Below are positions 1-12,350 of a DNA stretch of 64,000 nt, piece after piece. The notes beneath the pieces are model-generated. The model did no database searches and was not told the DNA's origin. It saw nothing but the letters and a program-made list of their open reading frames with translations. Every line of letters begins with the position of its first letter. The stretch's first letter is position 1. The translations under genes were made by a program, and so were the position numbers. Origin of the DNA: Octopus sinensis (taxonomy: Eukaryota); contig NC_043004.1 in NCBI RefSeq assembly GCF_006345805.1, positions 89,218,001 through 89,282,000 on the forward strand, given 5' to 3'.

Positions 1-154
1 TTTGGCACAAGGTCAACAATCCTTAACTGATACATGAATGTAAAGATGGGTGTAATACCTCTAAACATTTCGCCCAGAGTGCTAACAATTTATACCAGCT
101 CACCACCAACTTATATACTACAAATAATCAGAGGTAATATATACTTGATTGAAG

Positions 155-385
155 GTGGTGAGCTGGCAGAAACATTCGTACACAGGGAATGCTTGGTGGT
201 ATTTCATCTGCCGTTACGTTCTGAGTTCAAATTCTGCCGAGGTCGATTTTGCCTTTCATCCTATTGAGGTCAATAAATTAAGTACCAGTTGCACACTGGT
301 GTCGATGTAATCAACTTAATCCCTTTGTTTGTCCTTGTTTGTTCTCTCTATGTTTAGCCCCTTGTGGGCAATAAAGAAATAAGAA
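155..385 (+). mobile_element. tRNA-derived SINE, family S3 (TGGCAGAA..TTAGCA head; GCCTTTCATCCT..AAGTACCAG central domain)
   Basis: A/B-box-like head (gagctggcagaa...gagttcaaattc); homologous copies at about 6422, 6655, 32490, 36368, 39350 and 51800. Confidence 0.8.
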
Positions 386-869
386 ATGTTAACACACTGG
401 GCAAAATGCTTGGCAATATTTTGTTTTTTAAGATACAAAGATGCCAAGAACAGGAAGTGTGTTGATTCTTAAACAATCTTTTCAAGAACAATAACCAAAC
501 TTTGAAACAGAAAATCCATTCATGGCACTATAAATGTTTTGTTGTCAATTTGCTCAACTAAATACAGTGCTCCAGCATGGCTGCAGTCAAATGACTGAAA
601 CAAGTAAAGGAATAAAGAACAGGTTTCCACACAGTTTCCATTGACCAAATTCATTCACAAGGAATTGGTTGGCTCAGGGCTATAGTAAAAACACTTGCCC
701 AAGATGCTGCCATGCAGTTTGACTGAACCTGACACCTCATGTTTGCAAAGCAAGCTTCTTAACCACACAGCCATGCCAATACCTATTTAAATTTCCAAAT
801 ATTATCAATCACAAATATTCATGAATGATAAACTATTTTGAATGGTTGGTATCATCATCATCATCATCA

Positions 870-1440
870 TTTAGCGTCCGTTCTCCATGCTAGCATGGGT
901 TGGACGGTTCAACTGGGGTCTGTGAAGCTGGAAGGCTTCATCAGGCCCAGTCAGATCTGGCAGTGTTTCTACGGCTGGATGCCCTTCCTAACGCCAACCA
1001 CTCCGAGAGTGTAGTGGGTGCTTTTTACGTGCCACCTGCACAGGTGCCAGACAGAGCTGGCAAACGGCCACGAATGGATGGTGCTTTTACGTGTCACCGG
1101 CACGGGGCCAGGCGAGGCTGGCAACGGACACGAACGGATGGTGCTTTTATGTGCCACCAACACGGGGGCCAGACAGAGCTGGCAAACGGCCACGAAACAG
1201 ATGGTGCTTTTACGTGTCACCGGCACGGGGGCCAGGCGAGGCTGGCAACGGGCACGAACGGATGGTGCTTTTACATGCCACTGACACGGGGGCCAGACAG
1301 GGCTGGCAAACGGCCACGAACGGATGGTGCTTTTACGTGTCACCGGCACGGGGGCCAGGCGAGGCTGAGGCGAGGCTGGCAATGGACACGAACGGATGGT
1401 GCTTTTACATGTCACCGACATGGGGGCCAGACAGAGCTGG
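870..1440 (-). mobile_element. Non-autonomous RTE-tailed repeat, family S2, with an internal ~61 bp tandem array
   Basis: Minus strand ends CCGTCCAACCCATGCTAGCATGGAGAACGGACGCTAAATGATGATG and carries AGGAAGGGCATCCAGC, typical of RTE 3' UTRs; other copies at about 13425, 16800, 20835, 32880 and 55530. Confidence 0.75.
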
Positions 1441-1962
1441 CAATATCACAATATTAAAACACGTCCCCAGGCAATATTAAATCATGAGAAAATTTCATAT
1501 GTAAAATACCTATTTGTAATTCAAAAGAAAAGAATAAATGTTTGGTCTAGAGACACATAGAGACAAGATTCTTGCTGTATTCTTTAGGGGAAGACGAATG
1601 TCCTATGAGAGTCTATCATAACATAAATGTCAGTGATAAGTGATGGCAAAGATATGTCACAGATGTAAAAACGATCAGGTGTTGTAACAGAGAAATTTAA
1701 GCTGAATCAATGGAAAAACCTCTTGAGTGTGACAAGATTAAAATAGAAAAATATAAATAGATATAAATACAGTTAAACTGATATTTAGTACATACACACT
1801 TAAATTTTTCACTGTATATCACAAACACATACATACTCACACACTTATACATACATTCAAATACATATGAGTGTGTGTGTGTGTGCATGTGTGTGTGTGT
1901 GTGTGTATATGTGTATAGATACATGTTTACATATATGTATATATATGTATATATGTGTATAC

Positions 1963-2020
<58 letters not shown>

Positions 2021-2229
2021 TTTGCACATGCAAGTATATAATGTATATATGTGTGTGTGTGTGTTGTATTCACACACGTTGTATATATGTATGTATATTT
2101 TATCATTGTTCTTACTTTTGTTGAGTTTTATCATCATTCTCAGGTAATGTTAAACAATTATTTTGTAAGCATATGGGAATATAACACATACATAAACGCA
2201 TGTATTTGTTTATACACTAGACTTACTAG

Positions 2230-2276
<47 letters not shown>

Positions 2277-2460
2277 TCACATATATTATATATATAAAAA
2301 TATCACATATGAGTTGAACAGGGCAGGACCAAAGCAATACCACAGAATATATGTAGATATATGTATATGTGTACATAGATACATATATATGTGTATATCA
2401 TTATTATCATCATCATGGTTCTATATCCATTTTCCCATGTTTGCATGGGTCAGATAGAGT

Positions 2461-2822
2461 CAAGAAATTCCACTTGTCTAACACCCATGGACATATTTAC
2501 AAAGTCAGAAAACAGCACAGCTCCCATGACTTTCAGAAACATTTTTTCATGCTAAGAATTGCTACAGCATGGAACAAACTGCCGCCATCAGTTGTTAGTT
2601 GTCGGAGCACTGCATCCTTCAAAACTTCCATGCTTTCTGAGATTCGCCAACACTACACCTGATTTTCTCCCCTCCATACACACTCAAGCATGTATCTGAC
2701 TCATACACTGTTCGCTTTCCAGACATTTGTACATTACTGCATATACTTTATACGCACTTTTTGACAAGTTGTGGTGCACCTGAGCACTGTATACAATAAT
2801 TTTATTATTATTATTATTATTA
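2461..2822 (+). mobile_element. CR1/L2-clade LINE 3' fragment (ORF2 C-terminus, 3' UTR, (ATT)n tail)
   Basis: Translates THGHIYKVRKQHSSHDFQKHFFMLRIATAWNKLPPSVVSCRSTASFK, matching the CR1/L2 motif TRGH..K..R..FF..R...WN.LP..VV...S...FK; ends in (ATT)n. Confidence 0.85.
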
Positions 2823-3035
2823 TTTTAATGGCAAGACATATTCTTGCAGAATAGTGGTATATATTATTGTGTGTGTGTGTGTATGCACGTGTATATAGAC
2901 AGATAAACCGATATTGATGTACATTATATATATATATACATTATATATTATGGATAAACAGATATTGATATACATTACATAAAATATATAGACAGATAAA
3001 CAGATATCGATAAACATTATATAGATACACACACA

Positions 3036-3083
<48 letters not shown>

Positions 3084-3269
3084 TGCACAATCACACATGC
3101 ACACACACACATGCACAAACACATATGCACACACACACACAGTGTGCATCAGTTTTCTGAGATCATTTGTATGTATTTAGAGTAAGACATGCAGTTCATC
3201 AAAGAAAATGAGTATTTGAAAATAAGTTGGTACAAATAATCTTGAGAATCCTTTTACTACACCTATTTA

Positions 3270-3590
3270 ATGAATCCACCATTAGCATCAGAGGCTGCTT
3301 CAATACACAGCCAGAAGTGCTGACATGCCAAAATCAGATCTTTATCAATATTGGCAATAGTATTGGCTATAGCAGACCTGAGATTTTGTATGATGTTTTG
3401 GGGGCATTGACTGACCTCTCTCTCCATCTATACACCATATGCAATGGTCCAGTGGACTGAAGTCTGATGAGCTAGGAAGCCTATTTCTGGAAAAACACAA
3501 TCATGCTGATAGAGCCATCGCTAAACCCCTGCAATCCCTGCAGTCACAGGGAGCCTCCGTGGTAAGGGGCCCCATGTTGAGATCAAAGTA
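3270..3590 (+). pseudogene. Possible highly degenerate Ty3/Gypsy integrase remnant
   Basis: Frameshifted peptides PEV, EILYD, ICNGPVD and VRGPM occur in the order of Gypsy integrase motifs (YPEA, EILSD, MCNGLVE, VRGPM); weak match by eye only. Confidence 0.3.
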
Positions 3591-4295
3591 CACAGATGAG
3601 TCATCTATTTACTTTGGTTAAGATGTTGGACAAGAATTAAACTATGTTAACTGAAAATTTCAAAAAATAAAATGGTAATACATTGTACCTGCAAAAGTTC
3701 TTGTAAAAATATTACATTGTACCACAAACGTTCCTACCTAATACAGTCTTTAGGAAAATGTGAAATATTGAATTTCAGATAGAAAAAGTAAAATATAGTT
3801 ATGAATAAAAGGTACATAGATCATAAATTTTGATTGAAGAAATGGGGCCTCAAAAAAAAAAGTATATATATATGTTTGTATATATAATTACATCAAGAAT
3901 ATCAAATCCTCTTAAAGGGATGTTACCATCCAAGTTCTATCAAAGGTCAACTAACATGGAATGTAGCCCTTTTCTAATAAATTCTCTCCCCTGATGAAAT
4001 ACCCAATTTACAATATTCAATATGAAAATTTAAATTAATTTAATTCTATTTAATTCCTCAAACTGAATAAATTGTGTATGGAATAGCCGTAGGTGTAAAG
4101 AATTTGATGTTATACTAAATGGAATTTGTTCAAATAGACTGATGTCTATATATTAATTTCTCCACTTCCTTTTTCTCAAATATATTATATATGAGAAGAA
4201 AATGGATGTAATAACAAGGGGGAACTCATGATTATCACTGGTATGCCTTTAATTTAATTAGATAACAAAGAAGAAGGAAGCAAAGATGAAGGTAG

Positions 4296-4344
4296 CATTT
4301 ACAATTGTTTCAATTCACTGGTTTAAGTAAGTCTCTTCAGAATG
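4296..4344 (-). ncRNA. Minimal type I hammerhead ribozyme, family A
   Basis: Minus strand: CATT-CTGAAGA-GACTTACT/TAAACC/AGTGAATT-GAAA-CAATTG-TA^AATG; intact core, 4 bp stem I, palindromic stem III ACAATTGT, GUA cleavage triplet. Confidence 0.75.
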
Positions 4345-5023
4345 TGAAGATAGATAGATGCATCAGTTAGGATGCGAAAATAATTGATACATATGTGATG
4401 GTAATAGAAGCAAAGGTAGTAAATCTTACATTAAATTTTGTTCTTGCGCTGGTAATTTTGCTGGGTAGAGGTTTCATTGTGATAGACTGGTTAGTTTCGT
4501 TGGGTAATATGAGCGGGGTGAATATTATATATATTATATATATATTATATATATATATAGATGATGATGATATGTATACACTTCGTTTTTGTATTTGGTT
4601 TGCGATATTGTTGATGTGAATCCAAGTGTTGAAGCAAATCTTGTGTCTATGGAAGGCAATAAAGAAGTGGTAGTGAACCAGTACGTGTGTTTATTTTAAT
4701 CTTTATTGGCATAATGAACCTCCCCAGACACAACAATATTTATATATATAGTGTATAAAAGCATTTTAATACAAGCTGTGTTCACATGAAGTACATCTGT
4801 GAATTCCAGCTATCAATTGTATGTATGCAGATGTTTTATTTTTAAGGAGAAAAATTACCATACAAGTTAAAATTTTTGGTCAAGTATATTAGTCACAGAG
4901 TATTTAGAGATTAAAATAAAGATTTGAATCTTTGGTATTAATTTTAGTTCTGTAGTTACAAGCGTTTCATTAAAACGTGGAAAATGCACTTTTATGAATG
5001 TAAATATTAATATTTATGTTCAC

Positions 5024-5188
5024 AGGCACAGTGTTGTTGTGTGGTAAGAAGCTTGCTTCCCAACCACATGGTTCTGGGTTCAGTTCCACTGTGTGACACC
5101 TAGGACAAATGTCTTCTACTATAGCTTCAGGCCAGCCAAAGCTTTGTGAGTGGATTTGGTAGACGGAAACTGAAAGAAGCCCGTCACA

Positions 5189-5219
<31 letters not shown>

Positions 5220-5412
5220 GTATATATTTGTGTGTGCCTGTGCTTGACCCCACCATCGCTTGACAACCAATGTTAGTGAGTTTACATGCCCGTAACTTAG
5301 TGGTTCAGCAAAAGAGCCCAATAGAATAGATACTATGCTTACAAAGAATAAGTCCTGGGGTCGATTTGTTCAACTAAAGGTGGCTGCAGTCACCATGACT
5401 GAAACAAGTAAA
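5024..5412 (+). mobile_element. tRNA-derived SINE, family S1 (about 25 full or partial copies in the window)
   Basis: Head GTGTGGTAAG...GGGTTCAGTTCC, internal microsatellite, tail CATGACTGAAACAAGTAAA. Confidence 0.85.
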
Positions 5413-5925
5413 TGAAAAAATGAATAAATGAATCAATAATAATATTATAAGCACCAGTTGAGTCCTGGGTCAATGTAATCAACTTATCCCCACTTTCAAA
5501 ATTGTTGGCCTTGTACCAAAATCGGAAACCAATATTAAAAACAAGAGCACTCAGAAAGCACAAACCACAGCCAACAAAACACCAACGTCCTCTCAATGAT
5601 TAGCCAGAGATGATTTTTAAAATGAGAATATCTGAAACAAACGAGAATATTAAAATGAATCCAACTGCTCTCAAAAGTTAAGTAAAAGAACAAGAAAAAT
5701 AATCCAGAATCCTTGTCTGGTAACGGATCGATCCCAAAATCTAATCAGTTTGTGCCAGTCACGAGGCCAAATATCCCTGAAAGTTTCATCTGAATCCATC
5801 CAGTAGTTCTTGAGATATTTTGTCCACAAACAAATAAACATGACTGAAAACAATATCTCCACCTACACTAAGGCGGAGGTGATATTATGAATATAATGAA
5901 TTTGCAATATATATAATATATATAT

Positions 5926-5957
<32 letters not shown>

Positions 5958-6421
5958 CATACATACATACATACATTTCATTCATTTCCCATGTGCAATT
6001 CATTGGATTTAGTCTCAAAAGTATTATTTTACACTAAGTCCAATGAATTACACATAGATCCTGATGATGATGATATGTTTTTATATATATATTCTTTCAC
6101 TTGTTTCAGTCATTTTACTGTGCCCAACATCACCTGTCAAGCGAATACGGGGAGGATAAATACAGGCACACAAACACACACGCGCAAACACATATATATA
6201 TGACAGGCTTCTTTCAGTTTCCATCTACCAAATCCACTCACAAGGCTCTGGTCTCCCCAAGACTATAGTAGTAGACACTTGACCAATGTACCACACAGTG
6301 AGACTGAACCTGGAACCATGTGGTTGCAAAGGAAACTTCTTACCACATAACCACGCCTGCACCTATAAATATTATCTATATTGCATATTCATCATATTAA
6401 TATAATTATTAATATTTATAT

Positions 6422-6870
6422 CAAGGTGGTTAGCAAGCAGAATTGTTAACAGATTGGACAAAATGCTAAGTGGCATTTCATCTGTCTTTACGTTCTAAGT
6501 TCAAATCCTGCCATGGTTAACTTTGTCTTTCATCCTTTTAGGGTTGATAAAACAAGTACCAGTTGAGCAATGGGGTTGGTGTAATCGACTTAACCCCTCC
6601 CACAAAATTACTGGCCTTGTGCCAAAATTTGAAACCAATATTAATATTTATGTCAAGGTGACAAGCTGGCAGAATCATTAGCCAGGGAAAATGGTAAGCA
6701 GCATTTTGTCAATCTTTACATTCTGAGTTCAAATTCCATCATGGTCATCTTTGCCTTTCATCCTTCAGGGTTGATAAAATAAGTATCTCTTGAGCACTGG
6801 GGTAGATGTAATCAACTGAACCTGCTTCCTTGAAATTACTGGCCTTGTGCCAAAATTTGAACTAGTATTA
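6422..6870 (+). mobile_element. Two tandem S3-type SINE copies
   Basis: Head, central domain and ggccttgtgccaaaatttgaa tail repeated at about 6422 and 6655. Confidence 0.75.
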
Positions 6871-6949
6871 ACACTGATGTCCATAAAATGTATTTCCCAT
6901 GTTGTAATGAAACAATTGTAACTACAGAATTAAAATAGTACTATAAATT

Positions 6950-7106
6950 CCACACACTCACACATACATACATATAATCATACACACACATGCCTACATA
7001 AATAATCACACTCACACACATATATTTATACTATCATACAAAATATCGTACATAATTATATACATGCACAGACACACACAAACATTTACACACATAAACT
7101 CATACA

Positions 7107-7146
<40 letters not shown>

Positions 7147-7900
7147 ATGTCCACATATACAGAGAAATGCCCAAATTTATACTTATGAACATACATACAT
7201 GCATATATTTATATGTGCACATCTCCACACAAATAATTAGATACATACACACATAACACTCATACATATACACATATGTCAACATAAAATCAAACACAGA
7301 TACACAAATTCACACTTACAAAAGCACATACATATAATCATACAAGCACATTCCCAAAAGAATAATCACACACACACACAAACAGGTATTATCATACACA
7401 TATACCCACATAAATAATCATAAACACACACACATACATACATTCATTTATATAGATGTGCCCACAAAAATTATCTTACACACACACATCAATATAATCA
7501 TACACACACATATAAATAACCACACACACACACACATACATATAATCAATCACACACACATGCCCACAAAAATAATCATGCATATACACACATACAAACA
7601 TGTAGTCATACACATATACAAATATGTATTTATACACATACATGCTTACACAAATAATCAGATACACATGCCCACCCACACGCACATACACATGAACACA
7701 CACCACATACACACACACACACACACACACAATACACACATACACATGAACACACACCAAACACACACACAAAAATACAAACATATATATGCACATACAC
7801 TTACACATACATCCACAAACGCTTAATCCATCAGTAAAAAAGATGAGAGAATATATAATCCAAAAGATTAATTCACACACACACACACACACACATGCAC
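6950..7900. repeat. (CA)n/(CATA)n low-complexity microsatellite block
   Basis: Visible dinucleotide repeat; explains the ORF-track His/Thr/Cys/Val ORFs. Confidence 0.9.
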
Positions 7901-8303
7901 ACCTGATAGTAGTGGGTGTTTTAACAAAGGTGTTCTTTTATAAATTGCATATCACCATTTCCATTAACGCATATAATTTATAGTGTTGTTGACCTTCTTG
8001 GCAAAATGAAACATTCTCAGAACCTCTCAAATATTCCACCTTTATTCTTTGTTTGGTCAGCAGACTCTGTGAAACAGCGAAACATTTTTCACTGACTTCA
8101 TTTGCTTGCATCTTCTAGTCCTTACATTTGTTGTTGTGCTCTTTGCTTTTTGTTGTTGTTTGTTTTTTTTTTTTTTTTTTTTTTTTTTGCTTTGATCGGA
8201 ATTGTTAGTTGTTATTATTGTTAACTTTGTTTGCTTTCTGTTGCTCTGATTGGAATTGTTAAAATTATTGTTATTAATATTGTTATTGTTACTGTTGCTC
8301 TGG

Positions 8304-8338
<35 letters not shown>

Positions 8339-9015
8339 CGTAGTTTGTACTTTATTTTTAGTCAGTGATTTTTGGGGGGTTTTTTTAAGTAAAAGAAACT
8401 TAAATAGTGGCAGTTCTTTATGTTATATTGTTTTGTTTTTTCTGCTTTTGTTGTTGGTACGTGTATTTCTCTAGTGATTGTCTTGGCATGATGTAATTAT
8501 TGTTTTAGAAAGATTCCCTCATCCTTCTTCTCTTCCTCCTTCTTTTTCTTCTTCAGAAATATCTTCCAAAAATCACACACACACCCCACCCAAAACCCTA
8601 CCCTTTACATAAACAAAAATAGAGAATTTAATATTTCCTATAAAATTTTCTAATCATTCTTCCTTTTACCATTGTTGTCATTTATATTGCTATTGTTGTT
8701 GTTGTTGTTGCTGCTGCTGTTTATGTTACATTTGCCCTTGTCCTTCATCTCATCCTCCTCCTCGTCATCATCATCATCATCATCATTACTGCAATATTGA
8801 AGCAAGCAGAAAGAAACAAAAACCAACAAGCAGAAAAAGAAAATAAAACACACAAAAAAAAATAACCACAACTAACAATTAACTTTAAGCTTCATCATCC
8901 ATTTATGTTATTATTTACAAGGGAATTATTTTAAAAACGATTATGCTATATTTTCCTTTGCTTCATTTTGGGTGAAAACAAAAGCGAAATTCACCTTTCT
9001 CTGCCACCCAAACTA

Positions 9016-9029
9016 ATTGCCATAGTAAC
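9016..9029 (+). promoter_or_regulatory. X-box (RFX binding site)-like motif
   Basis: ATTGCCATAGTAAC fits the relaxed X-box consensus RTHNYYWTRRNRAC; about 300 bp upstream of the ATG at 9331. Confidence 0.45.
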
Positions 9030-9233
9030 CTGACTTAGTAAACTCATTTGCCTAATCCAGCCCGATCTATCTTCTTTAAACACCTGTAACATCCTTCAAA
9101 AACATTCAATCAAATTTTCACTCTACCATGATGGAAACGGAATATTTGGGACAACATTTCTGATTTTGGGTTACTATTTTAGGGTGTTTACCCCCAATTC
9201 TCACTCAATCTTTCCTGTTTCTTTCCCTCCATT

Positions 9234-9294
<61 letters not shown>

Positions 9295-9330
9295 ATCTCC
9301 TTCCCTCTTCAACTGAACACCTTAATCAAT

Positions 9331-9583
9331 ATGGCAGCCAGAAACAGTACATATATAGAAGACGAAGAAGAAGAAGATGAACCAGAGGAAATACCTGAAA
9401 TATTCGAGAGGAATATCTCACAGGCAAGGCCAGTGTATGGAAGCATCATTCGTGATAACAGAAAAATGCCTGCCGACGCTGTTTATGCTTCGACATCAAG
9501 AGAAATTTACCCAAAGAACAGGTACTATTCTACAGAATCATCAAGTTATTGTGGTTTTCCAGGCAGCCTAACCATGACATCAG
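9331..9583 (+). CDS. Probable first coding exon of an unidentified host gene (MAARNSTYIEDEEEEDEPEEIPEIFERNISQARPVYGS...CGFPGSLTMTS, phase-1 intron follows)
   Basis: Non-repetitive open frame of 84 codons after a CT-rich leader, ending at a canonical donor CAG|GTATGT (9583/9584). Confidence 0.75.
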
Positions 9584-9637
9584 GTATGTAACATAATGCA
9601 TATACAATATGCATGCACATTTATTTATCTATCTGTG

Positions 9638-9673
<36 letters not shown>

Positions 9674-10005
9674 TGTATGTATGTATGTATGTATGTATAG
9701 GAGGACTTAAACGACATGCAAAGGTACATGGAGCCCAGTTACAACTACAGCCGGCTATTACCAGTAAAGGTTTTAGTTGCCAATTTTGTCCAGATCTTTA
9801 GCTGGGTTAAAAAGTCACATTCGATCACAGCACCAGTAACAGTTAAGCTTTGTGCAATGGCTATACTCGATAACGAGGGGGCAGCCATAATGTACATACG
9901 TATGTACATACATAAACATGCATAATATATATATATGTATGTATGTATGTATATTATGCATGTTTATGTATGTGTGTGTATACATATATATGTATATGTA
10001 TCACA

Positions 10006-10045
10006 ACTGTCTGACAAACAGGAATGTGAAACTCTGAGTAACAGT
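10006..10045 (+). ncRNA. Hammerhead ribozyme family B, core-mutated copy
   Basis: ACTGT-CTGACAA-ACA/GGAA/TGT-GAAA-CTCTGAG-TA^ACAGT; G8 replaced by A. Confidence 0.7.
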
Positions 10046-10141
10046 TTTTTGTGATATTTTTGTGATGTTTTAGCAGCTTTAATAATAAAGTGTGTATATA
10101 CATATATACATATACATATATATACATATATGTATATATAT

Positions 10142-10200
<59 letters not shown>

Positions 10201-10203
10201 CAC

Positions 10204-10236
<33 letters not shown>

Positions 10237-10502
10237 TATATACATGTACTAATTCATTTGGAGGATTATCTTTTTTGAAAATATATATCATTTTGTGAGG
10301 GAAATGTTTCTTTTCTGTGTATATATATAAATTCATTTTCATCTTTGAATATTCATTTTATATATCTGTCTGTACTTATTTCCATCATTCTCTTTCTCTC
10401 TTTCTTCCTCTCTCTCTCCTTCTCTTTCTCTCTCTATATATATATATATATATATAATATGTGTGTGTGGTGTGTGTGTATGTATATATATGTATATTAT
10501 AT

Positions 10503-10546
<44 letters not shown>

Positions 10547-10742
10547 ATAATATATATTATATATATATATATATATTATATATATGTATGTATGTATGTT
10601 ATATGTATGTATGTATATATGTATGTATGTATGTACATGTATGATATTTATTTAGCTATCTGTGCATGTGTTTGTATGAATTTGTACAAACTATGAATAT
10701 CTGAAAGTTAATGTTCTCTTTCCGGTCATAAGGTGAGCAACT

Positions 10743-10785
10743 GATCTCTGATGAAGCAGCAATAACTACTGAAACCAATCAGACC
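10743..10785 (+). ncRNA. Degenerate hammerhead ribozyme, family C
   Basis: GATCT-CTGATGA-AGCAG/CAATAA/CTACT-GAAA-CCAA-TC^AGACC; stem III broken (ACCAAT instead of a palindrome such as ACCGGT). Confidence 0.5.
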
Positions 10786-11009
10786 TTTTTCTTTCATAAT
10801 ACCACAAATAGAAAGCAACACTTGCGGTTTAACCATAATATCTACTTTCGACAGAGAGGCTAAAATGTGTTTACTGTAGAAAGCATAAACTTGTTTTACG
10901 TTTCTAATATATATTTATATCTAATGTGTATATATATTTATACTTATAGCAACATTTCGGGAGAATCAGTCTTGCAACTGTATAAAGTTTTTTAAAGAAT
11001 GAATGCTTT

Positions 11010-11700
11010 ATGTCTGCGTGTATGTTATATGCTTGTATGTATATGCTTTTGGGGTATGTGTATGTGTGTGTGTCTCTGTGTGAGCATGGGTGTGTATGTC
11101 TGTGTATGTGTGTGTGTGTGTGTGTGTTTATGTATATGTATGCCTGTATGCATATCTTGATGTGTGTGTTTGTGTATGTGTGTGTGTGTGTGTGTGTATT
11201 TACGTATATGTATGCCTGTGTCCATATCTTGTTGTATGTCTCTGTGTGTGCATGAGTGTGTGTCTGTGTGAGCATGTGTGTGCGTGTGTGTTTATGTATA
11301 TGTATGCCTGTGTGCATATCTTCTTGATGTGTGTGTTTGTTTATGTGTGTGTGTTTGTGTGTGGCATGGTTGTGTATGTCCTGTGTGTGTGTGTGTGTGT
11401 GTGTATTTACGTATATGTATGCCTGTGTCCATATCTTGTTGTATGTCTCTGTGTGAGCATGTGTGTGCGTGTGTGTTTATGTATATGTATGCCTGTGTGC
11501 ATATCTTCTTGATGTATGTGTTTGTGTGTCTGACTGTGTGCGCATCAGTGTGTGTGTATATGTGTCTGTGTGTGAGAATGTGTGTGTCTGTGTGTTTATG
11601 TGTATGTATGCCTGTTTGTGCATGTGTGTGTCTGTATGTGTGTGCATGAGTGTGTGTGCATGAGTGTGTGTGTGTGTATGTGTGTGTGTGTGTGTGTGTG
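11010..11700. repeat. (TG)n-rich compound microsatellite with recurring sub-units
   Basis: Visible repeat with recurrent TATGTATGCCTGTG units. Confidence 0.85.
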
Positions 11701-11829
11701 TACGTTCTATATGAAAATTCCTTCGTCCTCATTTTTTGGCATTATGGTTCAGTTGATTCTGAAATGTATTTCTTTATTTACTTAATGTCCAACCCATGCC
11801 AGCATGGAATGGGGGATGCTAAAAGAAGA

Positions 11830-12350
11830 TGACAATGATGAATGACGATAACAACTGTGGTTGTGGGTGTAGTGGTGGTGTGGTGGTGGTGGGTGTGGTG
11901 GTGGTGGTGGTGGGTGTGGTGGTGGTGGATGTGGTGCTGGTGGTGGTGGTGGTGGTGATTTTGGTGGTGGCAGTGCTGCTGCTAAGGATGATGATGATGA
12001 CAACGGTGGTGGTGGTGGGCGATGGTGGTGGTGGCAGAGGTGGTGGCAGTGGTGGTGGCAATGGTAGTGAAGACAATGATGACAACGATGATGATGATGA
12101 TGATGGTGGTGGTGGTAATGATGACAGTTGTGGTGGTGGTAGCAGTGGGGATGGTTTTGGTCGTGGTGGTGGTGATGATGATGATAGTGGTGAGACTGAC
12201 GATATCAATGTAGATGATGACAACGATGATGATGACAATAAAGATGACAATGATGATGATGATGATGATTACATGATTTATTAAAACAGCATTTTAAAAC
12301 ACCACTACCACCACCACTACCACCACCACCACCACCACCACCACCAAATA
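11830..12350. repeat. (GGT)n/(GAT)n/(ACC)n trinucleotide low-complexity block
   Basis: Visible repeat. Confidence 0.9.

Noticed and set aside
900-1480. Several 130-185 aa repetitive ORFs, superficially CRISPR-like periodicity
   Set aside because: Tandem units inside the S2 repeat; no unique spacers; eukaryotic context
3464-3500. CTGATGAGCTAGGAAGCCTA hairpin after a core-like motif
   Set aside because: GAAA is not adjacent to the stem and there is no stem I or III
3900-4290. Possible Penelope RT remnant next to hammerhead A
   Set aside because: Only vague peptide similarity (INIDI, QIPFS); cannot be supported without a profile search
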